From the NCBI GenBank assembly GCA_038882975.1, contig JAVZNE010000001.1, positions 321,997 to 385,996 on the forward strand: a stretch of 64,000 nt of DNA, in the 5' to 3' direction. A program made the position numbers and the translations under genes. The DNA is from Candidatus Bathyarchaeia archaeon (GTDB taxonomy: Archaea; Thermoproteota; Bathyarchaeia; Bathyarchaeales; Bathycorpusculaceae). The notes below the pieces were generated by a model that worked only from the letters and a program-made list of their open reading frames with translations, searched no databases and was not told where the DNA came from. Positions 8,778 to 16,734 of this stretch are shown one piece after another. The first letter of the stretch is position 1, and the number at the start of each line of letters is the position of its first letter.

Positions 8778-10490
8778 TTAAAGGCTTGTTATGGCGAAAT
8801 AGTTGGTGGCGGCGCCGCTGCGCTTCCTTTTCCTAACGTAATAGGCTGTTGAGGCTAAAATAGCCAATATGGCTAAGATTATCAGTATTAGCCAGTATAA
8901 CGGGAACCCTTCGATGCTAGGGGTAGTACCGCCCTCGCCCGGCGCTGCCTTGACAATGTAATAGCCTTCCATTGTTTTCGCGGCGTTTCCAGCTTTATCA
9001 AAATATTCCACATAAAACGTTATTATGGCATCTTTTGGGTACTCTGGAATTGTGCCAGTCCAGTTTCCATTCTCCAAATTCATTGATAGTTTTTGCCATT
9101 CGCCGCCCAAAAGCCTAAACCATAAGGTCACATTTTTGATTCCGCTTCCGTCGTCAACGATTTTGGCTGAGACTTTGACAGACTCGTTTTCTTTTGGTTC
9201 TGTGGGCGTCCATGAGAAGCTAACTACCGTTGGGGCTGTATTGTCAACAGTTGCGGTTATGGTGGTTTCAGCCTTGTTTCCAGCCTTGTCAAACACCGTT
9301 AAAGTGATGTTGTAGACGCCGTCGCTGTAACCGCTTGTATCCCACGCATATGTCTGGTCTTTCATCTCCCAAGTTTGGATTTCTTCGCCTATTTTCAGCT
9401 CCATCCTGTCAAAGTTTGCATCTTCGGCATGAAGCCTAACAAGCACTACGCCACGCAGAAAACTTCCATTGGTAGGCGACCAGATTTCGGCCCTTGGCAA
9501 TGTATTGTCAACAGTTACGGCAATCTTGTGCTTGGCTATGTTCCCCGCCGTGTCAACGGCTTCCAGCGTCAAAACATGAAGTCCATCATCCAATGTCGCA
9601 TTGTCCAACGAGCAAGCATATTTTCCTGTTATGTTCCACTCGGCTAAAAGTATTTCATCAACCACAAGCTTGGCACCTAAAAGATTGTCGTCTTGCACAT
9701 GAACTGTGATGTTTATGCTTCCGGTGATGTAGTTTCCATCATTTGGTGTTAAAATGGTGGCTATTGGCGGAAAGCGGTCAACAACAGAGTACGAGTAAAT
9801 GTCTAGGGTTGCAGTATTTCCAGCGTTATCAACCGCCGAAACGCGGTAATTTATCGCCGTTCCATATGGGTATGTCGGTATCTCCGCAACATATAATGTA
9901 CCGTTGAAATTCATTCTTGTAACATTCCAGCCTGTTCCGTTACTATGGGACAGAAACAGCTCTTTTACGCCACTGGCAAGGAGCGGCTCCGTCGCATTTG
10001 CAATTATTAGGACTGTTTCGTTGTAGTTTGGTTGGGCTGGGACTCGCTCGATATATGTTATTGTTGGTGGATGAAAATCGCTAACAATGTACGTGTACTC
10101 TTTTGAGCATGCTTTGTTTCCAGCCCTGTCATAAGCGCAGACCACATAGGTGACTGTGGAGTTGTAACGTTTTGGCGGAATCTCTGCGAAATATAAGTTG
10201 CCACTCCTATTCATTTTCAGCCTAACGGCTTCTTGGTTGTCAACCCTGCAGTATAGGGTTGCGTTGGCTACCCCGCTTCTGGAGTCTGTTATGTACGCTA
10301 AAACAAGAACACTGTCTTCATATTCAGGCTCTGTGGGGTGCTGGTAAACATAATGAATCTTCGGGGGCCTTTGGTCTTTACGGTGGCATCCACCCGCTGC
10401 AAAAATTTCGACAATGCTCGGCGTTAGAACTAAAAAAGTTAGGATTAGGAGTATGGCAGCTTTTCTTTCTCGCATCCCCTTTCTCCACAA
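8778..10490 (-). CDS. Membrane-anchored surface protein with about five Ig-like repeats
   Basis: Signal-like N-terminus, repeated DxxPP...DxAGN units, C-terminal TM followed by RKRKR. Confidence 0.75.
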   Translation of the reverse strand: MWRKGMRERKAAILLILTFLVLTPSIVEIFAAGGCHRKDQRPPKIHYVYQHPTEPEYEDSVLVLAYITDSRSGVANATLYCRVDNQEAVRLKMNRSGNLYFAEIPPKRYNSTVTYVVCAYDRAGNKACSKEYTYIVSDFHPPTITYIERVPAQPNYNETVLIIANATEPLLASGVKELFLSHSNGTGWNVTRMNFNGTLYVAEIPTYPYGTAINYRVSAVDNAGNTATLDIYSYSVVDRFPPIATILTPNDGNYITGSINITVHVQDDNLLGAKLVVDEILLAEWNITGKYACSLDNATLDDGLHVLTLEAVDTAGNIAKHKIAVTVDNTLPRAEIWSPTNGSFLRGVVLVRLHAEDANFDRMELKIGEEIQTWEMKDQTYAWDTSGYSDGVYNITLTVFDKAGNKAETTITATVDNTAPTVVSFSWTPTEPKENESVKVSAKIVDDGSGIKNVTLWFRLLGGEWQKLSMNLENGNWTGTIPEYPKDAIITFYVEYFDKAGNAAKTMEGYYIVKAAPGEGGTTPSIEGFPLYWLILIILAILAILASTAYYVRKRKRSGAATNYFAITSL

Positions 10491-10641
10491 AAAGCATCAT
10501 TATTTTCCTATAAAAAGGGTGTTTCAAAAACGGAAATATCCATTAATGGAAGGGGACGCTTAGGAAAAATGCTGTTTAAAGCATATAATTTATTAACATA
10601 TGTGTTTCAATTTAATGCATTAATTTCAGAAGGCAACCGCT

Positions 10642-11001
10642 ATGGGACTCAAATCAAAGCTTAAAACCGAAAACATAGGCTTGCTTCTAGCCTCAATATT
10701 TTATGCTGCCTCTGGTGTAGCTTGTTTCACCGCAATAGCCACAATGGATTATGAACTGGTTCACGTTGGCTTGATTGGCATAATAAGCCTAATCACAGCC
10801 TACGGCTTAATTAGGCGGAGGCGCTGGTCCCTTTGGAGCGTTTTCGTCCTCTTCTTCACAAATACAACCTTTGCCATTTCCATGCTCTATTATACAATGG
10901 GCAGCGACATTCTCATCGACACGACCATGATTTTATACTTAATTCTGACTTGGATTGCAACAATTTATTTGGCTGCCAAGCGAAAAAAGCTCGAACTTTA
11001 A
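10642..11001 (+). CDS. Small 4-TM membrane protein
   Basis: Four hydrophobic segments; AT-rich promoter-like region upstream. Confidence 0.65.
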   Translation: MGLKSKLKTENIGLLLASIFYAASGVACFTAIATMDYELVHVGLIGIISLITAYGLIRRRRWSLWSVFVLFFTNTTFAISMLYYTMGSDILIDTTMILYLILTWIATIYLAAKRKKLEL

Positions 11002-12251
11002 ACGCCAATATCCTCTAAGCTTTTGAAAAGGTGAACCGTTACCTCCTCATCCACATCTACAAACTGTTGGTTTTCGGGAATTTCTATGAAGCCGTCAGCC
11101 TTGAGAAGGGTTGTTATTGCCCCTGAAAGCCCAGCTGGAACAGGTTCCGCTATTAGCCTCTTTGACTTGTCTCCTTTAAGCTTGACCATGACGAATGTGC
11201 GTCTCCCCCTCGCTGGAAATATTCGTGTTGATGCAAAAGCCCTCACAGTGGCAGCCTCCATGGTTTTTCTTCCAGCCATACGCTCAATTATCGGACGCAC
11301 CAGCAAGTGGAAGATTAGCAGTGCTGAGGTTGGATGTCCGGGTAGGGCGAAAATGGGCTTGCCATCTATTATAGCGACTGTTGTTGGTTTTCCCGGTTTT
11401 GTGGCTACTCCACAAACAATCACGCCGGGCTTTCCAAGAAAACTGAGCATTTTTGGAATGACATCCTTTGGTCCAACTGAAACTCCGCCTGAGGTCACGA
11501 CGACATCTGCTGACGACAAAGCCTTTTTCAACGCTTTTTCAATTTCATTTTGGTCGTCTGGAAAAACTCCGAGGTAAACTGGTTTTCCGCCACTTTCCAC
11601 GACAGCTGCGCTTAAGCTGTAAGCGTTAATATCATAAATTTTTCCGGGAGCCAGTGGCTTGCCTGGTTCAGTTATTTCTGCGCCTGTGGATAAAACTGCT
11701 ACGCTTGGAATTTTGTAAACTTTGACTTTTGAAAGCCCCACTGCTGCTATGGCGCCGATTTCTCTCGAGCCTAAAAGCTGCCCTTGTTTGGCAACTGTTT
11801 CACCCTTTTTTATGTCTGCTCCAGCTTCCATAACGTTTTCACCTTTTGCCACTGCGGCATAAACGTAAATGTCGCGGTTTTTTCTTTCAGCGTTTTCAGC
11901 CATGACAACGGCATCTGCGCCTTCAGGAATTGGGGCGCCAGTCATTATTTCTGCTGCTGTTCCATGCTCTACCCTTATTTTTGGCGTTTCTCCGACATTT
12001 ACCGTTCCGCAAAGCCTCAACTTCACTGGTTTATTTTCGTCTGCGCCGAAGGTGTCTTCAGCTTTAACGGCGTAACCATCCACCGTTGAACGGTTAAAGG
12101 GTGGAATTTTAATGGGGGCTGTTACATCTTCTGCCAGAACGCGGTTGCACGCCTCCAGAAGTGGGACTTCTTCAACGCCTAACGGTTTAGCCTCAAAATG
12201 CTTTTGAATGGTTTGTTTTGCCTCCTCAAGAGTTAAGAGTTTCCTAAACAT
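10998..12251 (-). CDS. moeA: Molybdopterin molybdo/tungstotransferase MoeA (copy 1)
   Basis: PPFNRSTVDGYAV, IMTGAP, SGGVSVG, KPGKP, LPGHP; start set at ATG overlapping upstream stop. Confidence 0.92.
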   Translation of the reverse strand: MFRKLLTLEEAKQTIQKHFEAKPLGVEEVPLLEACNRVLAEDVTAPIKIPPFNRSTVDGYAVKAEDTFGADENKPVKLRLCGTVNVGETPKIRVEHGTAAEIMTGAPIPEGADAVVMAENAERKNRDIYVYAAVAKGENVMEAGADIKKGETVAKQGQLLGSREIGAIAAVGLSKVKVYKIPSVAVLSTGAEITEPGKPLAPGKIYDINAYSLSAAVVESGGKPVYLGVFPDDQNEIEKALKKALSSADVVVTSGGVSVGPKDVIPKMLSFLGKPGVIVCGVATKPGKPTTVAIIDGKPIFALPGHPTSALLIFHLLVRPIIERMAGRKTMEAATVRAFASTRIFPARGRRTFVMVKLKGDKSKRLIAEPVPAGLSGAITTLLKADGFIEIPENQQFVDVDEEVTVHLFKSLEDIGV

Positions 12252-13503
12252 TCTCGCCGAAAACCTCCAACGTGTCAAAGAGGTGAACTTGAAACACCTC
12301 GCCTTCTTCAAGTCCCTCGCGGTTTTCAGGCACAACAACGTATCCATTAGCCCTAGTTAACGTTGAAATTATGCCGGAGCCTCTAGCGCTTATGGGTTCA
12401 GCGTAAAATTCCCCGTTCCTTTGGAAGACGCGAACGCGGACGAAAGTTTTTCTTCCAAGGGCTGTCGAGGTTCGCCTCGTAAGCCTTGCCGCAACAACTG
12501 GTCTAGGCTCATTTTCGATGCCCAACATTTTGAGGATTAGGGGTCTGGCGAAAACCTCAAAGCCGAAGAAGGCTGCAACTGGATTGCCTGAAAGCACTAT
12601 TATGGGCTTATCATCTATAATGGCTAGGGCTGTTGGCATGGCTGGGCGCATGGCAACTCCGTGGACGAGAACACCTGGCTTGCCAAGCCTGTTAATAGCT
12701 GTTGGGACTAGGTCTGATGCCCCAACACTTGTGCCGCCAGTGGTTATTACAACGTCCGCCTTCTCAAGCCCTTGTTTTAGAATTTCTGAAATTTCCTCAA
12801 CATCATCTTTGACTATTCCCAAGTCTAAAGGCTCGGCGCCCAGCTCATGGCATAAAGATGCAAGCATAACCCTATTAGTCTCATAAATTTGGTCTTCCCT
12901 CGGTTTTTGTCCAACTTCGACAAGCTCGTTTCCAGTAGCCAAAATCGCCACCTTTGGCTTTACAAAAACCAGCACTTCATTTTTGCCAAGCGCCGATATT
13001 AAGGCTAAATGGTGGGGTTTGAGGCGCGTTCCAGCTTTGACAGCAGCCTCGCCTTTTGCAATGTCTTCCCCCCGCTTCGAAACATTTTCGCCCGGCGTAA
13101 CAGCTGCCCAAACCTCTATTTGGCTGTTGACAAGCCTAACATTTTCCAGCATTAAAACAGCGTCTGCCCCTTTTGGAAGAGGGTTTCCAGTCCAAACCTG
13201 TTTTGCTTCGCCACTTTTCACTTCACTTGCACTTGTCAGTTTTAGGATTTTGGGCTTAAACTGGGAAGCCCCAAAAGTGTCTTCAGCCTTTACAGCATAG
13301 CCGTCGACAGCTGAACGGTTAAATTTCGGCAAGTCTTCCTCCGCGATAAGGTCTTCTGCCAAAACACGGTTAAGTGCCTCCCAGACCAGGACAATCTCGG
13401 TTCTATGCTGCCTAAATTTTAGATCGTCAAAAAACAGTTTTTTCGCTTCCTCAATTGTCGCAAGCTTTTGGAATCCCCTTAGCCTAACCAAAACCGGAAG
13501 CAC
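12244..13503 (-). CDS. moeA: Molybdopterin molybdo/tungstotransferase MoeA (copy 2)
   Basis: FNRSAVDGYAV, TGGTSVG, LSGNP; start may be TTG at 13491. Confidence 0.92.
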   Translation of the reverse strand: MLPVLVRLRGFQKLATIEEAKKLFFDDLKFRQHRTEIVLVWEALNRVLAEDLIAEEDLPKFNRSAVDGYAVKAEDTFGASQFKPKILKLTSASEVKSGEAKQVWTGNPLPKGADAVLMLENVRLVNSQIEVWAAVTPGENVSKRGEDIAKGEAAVKAGTRLKPHHLALISALGKNEVLVFVKPKVAILATGNELVEVGQKPREDQIYETNRVMLASLCHELGAEPLDLGIVKDDVEEISEILKQGLEKADVVITTGGTSVGASDLVPTAINRLGKPGVLVHGVAMRPAMPTALAIIDDKPIIVLSGNPVAAFFGFEVFARPLILKMLGIENEPRPVVAARLTRRTSTALGRKTFVRVRVFQRNGEFYAEPISARGSGIISTLTRANGYVVVPENREGLEEGEVFQVHLFDTLEVFGENV

Positions 13504-13563
13504 CTATAAACAGCACACAAACTTTATAGAAAAAGATATCGCACCAAGCCCGTTGTAGCCAGC

Positions 13564-14427
13564 TTATGTTTTCAGCACTTTTCTGAGAATATCCCGCATT
13601 TTCACAGCGTCAACATCCAACACTGGGCTCTCACTAATTATGACGGGGTTAAGCCTAAAATCGGCTATAACCCTTGCAAGCATCTCAAAATCTGGTCCGT
13701 AGCCAGCCTCATCCATGGTATGGTGACACCTTTCCCCTTTATCCGTGAACTCAACTTTTGTGAAGTGGCAATGCATGTTTTTAACGGCTTCGGTCCCCAA
13801 ACGCCTCTCAATTTCTTCCACAACTGCACGGAAGTCATCGACGCTTTTAAAGCGTCCACGGTCCCTCGCATGCAAGTGCGCCCAGTCTATCACGGGCTGG
13901 GTTTGCTCAACCTTTTCGCACAGAGCCAAAACCTCTTCTAAACTGCCAAACTGGGTTGGCTTCCCCATGGTTTCAGGACCAAGCTGCACATCCCTTATGC
14001 CAACAGCCCTTAGCCTCTCAACAACATCTTTCAGGGCCTCTAGACATGCATTAAAAACTTCTTTTGGAGATTTTCTTCCATAAAATCCGGGATGGAAGAC
14101 AACAATTTTGGAGCCCATCCACCGTGATGCTGTGGCACATGCTATTAGTCGGTCTTTGCTGGCTTCAACAGTTTCTCTCTCGCCGCACAGGTTTATGAAG
14201 TAGGAGCCGTGAAGGCTTAAAAGAACATCGTTCTCCTTAGCTTTCAATCCCAGCTTTTCAGCATCCTCCCTTCGAATTTGGGGCTTTCCACCCCAGCGCA
14301 CAGCTTGATACTCAAAAGCATCTAACCCCTCCTCCCCCAAGAGCCTCGGAACGTCCGTTAAGGAGGCTTTCATAGCCCTAAAACTTGGCGGAACCCCTGC
14401 TGGACCGAACCTTGGACGGTCAGCCAT
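13564..14427 (-). CDS. nfo: Endonuclease IV-like TIM-barrel protein
   Basis: HGSYFINL, FHPGFY, ETMGK, IDWAHLHAR, HCHF metal-binding motifs. Confidence 0.82.
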   Translation of the reverse strand: MADRPRFGPAGVPPSFRAMKASLTDVPRLLGEEGLDAFEYQAVRWGGKPQIRREDAEKLGLKAKENDVLLSLHGSYFINLCGERETVEASKDRLIACATASRWMGSKIVVFHPGFYGRKSPKEVFNACLEALKDVVERLRAVGIRDVQLGPETMGKPTQFGSLEEVLALCEKVEQTQPVIDWAHLHARDRGRFKSVDDFRAVVEEIERRLGTEAVKNMHCHFTKVEFTDKGERCHHTMDEAGYGPDFEMLARVIADFRLNPVIISESPVLDVDAVKMRDILRKVLKT

Positions 14428-14438
14428 TCGCCAGAACC

Positions 14439-15323
14439 TCACTTTTTCTTTGTCTTCCTAAGGCGATAACCTTTTCGCGTTAAAAACCCATAAGAAAAAG
14501 CTGCTAAAGCTGAAACCCAAGCCGCCACATTTTGGAAAACAATATATTTACCAAACGGAGGCAAATCCACAAGGGGTTTCACTAAACCTCCGAGAGCGGA
14601 AAGGAAACCCCTCAAGGCTGGCGCTGCAGATATTATGGCATCATTTATTGATGAGCAAAGCCAACCGATGGGACCAAGAGCCTCAACAAATCCTTTCAAA
14701 GCGTTGTTCACAGATTTTACGAACCCAAGAAGCGAGGGGTTCCCTCGATACATATTTGAAAAAGCCGTATAGATTAGCCCAGGATAGGCAATCACTGAAA
14801 TTAGCAGAATTAGGGCTGAAAAAACTAGAACTGTCATTATTGCGCTTTTTATTGTTGCCCTTGCAAAGCTAACCTTCCCCCAAACGTAGGAGACCCCTTT
14901 AATCCGTAAAAGCCCAGACTTTATTCTGCCAAAAAAGTTCTTTATGGCGCTCACTATACTAGACTTGAGTTTTCTCTCTGTTTTCTGGATTTGCTCCTTC
15001 TTTTGTGGCTTAGTTTTGGGTTTTCCTTCAAGCGGCTTTTGAGGTTGCATAGCCGCATATTTTGTCATGCAAATCCAACTGAAAACAAGTGCAATAATAA
15101 CTGATAATGGGACAAAGTGGAAAAGCGGACTTACAACAATCTTTATTGTCCAATTTGTGCCTGGAAACTGAAAACTTCCTTGCAAGGGGTTTTCTTCTTT
15201 AACCCCGAGGGAGATGGCGTAAACGACAACGGCATACTCCATTAAGGCGGCTACAATGAAGAATAGGATTATTGCCGTTAAACCCTTAAGAGAGGCCCAT
15301 CGAAGTATCAAACGCCTAGACAA
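14439..15323 (-). CDS. Hypothetical membrane protein
   Basis: Several TM segments with a basic loop. Confidence 0.65.
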   Translation of the reverse strand: MSRRLILRWASLKGLTAIILFFIVAALMEYAVVVYAISLGVKEENPLQGSFQFPGTNWTIKIVVSPLFHFVPLSVIIALVFSWICMTKYAAMQPQKPLEGKPKTKPQKKEQIQKTERKLKSSIVSAIKNFFGRIKSGLLRIKGVSYVWGKVSFARATIKSAIMTVLVFSALILLISVIAYPGLIYTAFSNMYRGNPSLLGFVKSVNNALKGFVEALGPIGWLCSSINDAIISAAPALRGFLSALGGLVKPLVDLPPFGKYIVFQNVAAWVSALAAFSYGFLTRKGYRLRKTKKK

Positions 15324-15424
15324 TCAACCACCACTGACGCATTGCCTTCGTAAATTTTGCTTTAGGGAATATGGAAAATCCGGTTAAAAAACGTGACTGT
15401 TAAACTTTGCTCCGCAACGCGGTT

Positions 15425-15589
15425 TTAAGGCTCCTGTAATGGAAATTCATGCCCACATTTGGGGCATTTTGCATAGCCGCACTGCACTGTTGAAGGACAC
15501 CCTGAACACGCAAAGGCTCTCCCATAAGATATGTCAAATGTGAAGCCGCATTTAGGACAGCGCACAAGCTTTTTTGTTTGGGGATTCAT
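15425..15589 (-). CDS. Small Cys-rich zinc-finger protein (54 aa)
   Basis: CPKC, CSGC, C, CPKC; SD-like AGGTG before ATG 15589. Confidence 0.7.
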   Translation of the reverse strand: MNPQTKKLVRCPKCGFTFDISYGRAFACSGCPSTVQCGYAKCPKCGHEFPLQEP

Positions 15590-15627
15590 TTCCGGTGCAC
15601 CTTTCAAAACGACAAGCACAGCAATCC

Positions 15628-15674
15628 TTTAAAACTTTTCGAGGGAAACTAAAATTTTTGTGGAAAGTTTTAAA
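15628..15674. promoter_or_regulatory. 11-bp inverted repeat, probably back-to-back BRE/TATA elements of a divergent promoter
   Basis: TTTAAAACTTT 15628-15638 and AAAGTTTTAAA 15664-15674 between divergent genes. Confidence 0.5.
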
Positions 15675-15747
15675 CAGTAACAAATTTTATATAATACGGT
15701 CTGAAGCCTCTAGATACCAGTTTAACGGTCGCCGGCATGGGAAATTG

Positions 15748-16728
15748 ATGCAGAGTGGAAAACTTGAGAGGATAAAGCTGTATAAGGATCCGAATGTTCA
15801 GGTTTTCTTAGGTAAATTTTTAAGCGGCGAAATAAGCGAGCTAAAGCCCAGCTTCGACCCGAAGTTGGGCTACAGATATGCTGAAGTTGAGGCAATCTTG
15901 GGGGATTCCTCAAAAGTTGAAAACTTCTTAAATGGACTTTTTGAGGCAAAGGTGATTGAAAGGAAGCTTTACGACAAAATACTGTACTGCCCCAGTTGCG
16001 GTTCGCAAAACGTTTCAACCCATTATTGTTGTCCCTACTGTAAGTCCTTCAATATACAGAAGGGTTCTCTGGTTGAGCATGTTAAATGCGGTTACATGGA
16101 TGTTGAAGAAAACTTCAGAAAGGGCGGGAAGCTGGTCTGTCCAAAATGCCGCGAGGAGTTGAAGAAGCCGGAGGTGGACCATAGGAAGGCTGGGATATGG
16201 TGCACGTGCAAGGACTGCGGTAAAAGTTTTGACATACCAGTTACGAGGCATTTTTGCAGAGAGTGCCAAGCAGACTTCACTTTTGAGGATGTGGAAATTC
16301 GCGACGTCTATGCTTACACGCTTAACGAGGAAGTTAAAGGCGAAATAACAGCGGGATGGATTTTTGTCGCGCCGATAAAGGAGTTTCTCATTGAAAATGG
16401 GTTTGAGGTGGAGGCTCCAGCCTTTCTGAAGGGGAAGTCAGGCGCAAACCACATGTTTGACATAGTTGCTTACAAGAAGGAAATCACCAAAAAAGTGGCA
16501 GTCATGGACGTGGCAACCGCGACTGAAGACGTGGTTTCGGAACAGCCAGTGATAGCCCTATTCGCAAAAATATATGATGTGGCGCCGGACAGCGCCTTTC
16601 TAATAGCTATTCCAAAGTTAAATGACAATGCAAAGAAAATGGCTGAACTATACAACATTAAAGTTATTGAGGCTAGAGATTCAAAGGAGGTTATGAAGGC
16701 GCTTAAGGATAAACTGGGCAAGAAATAG
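15748..16728 (+). CDS. TackOD1-like multi-zinc-ribbon protein with C-terminal restriction-endonuclease-like domain
   Basis: Repeated CxxC/HxxC pairs; GKSGANHMFDIVA motif. Confidence 0.7.
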   Translation: MQSGKLERIKLYKDPNVQVFLGKFLSGEISELKPSFDPKLGYRYAEVEAILGDSSKVENFLNGLFEAKVIERKLYDKILYCPSCGSQNVSTHYCCPYCKSFNIQKGSLVEHVKCGYMDVEENFRKGGKLVCPKCREELKKPEVDHRKAGIWCTCKDCGKSFDIPVTRHFCRECQADFTFEDVEIRDVYAYTLNEEVKGEITAGWIFVAPIKEFLIENGFEVEAPAFLKGKSGANHMFDIVAYKKEITKKVAVMDVATATEDVVSEQPVIALFAKIYDVAPDSAFLIAIPKLNDNAKKMAELYNIKVIEARDSKEVMKALKDKLGKK

Positions 16729-16734
16729 GTTAGC

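Noticed and set aside
10998-13503. Tandem moeA duplication as a novelty
   Set aside because: Two adjacent moeA paralogs are common in archaea with Mo/W enzymes
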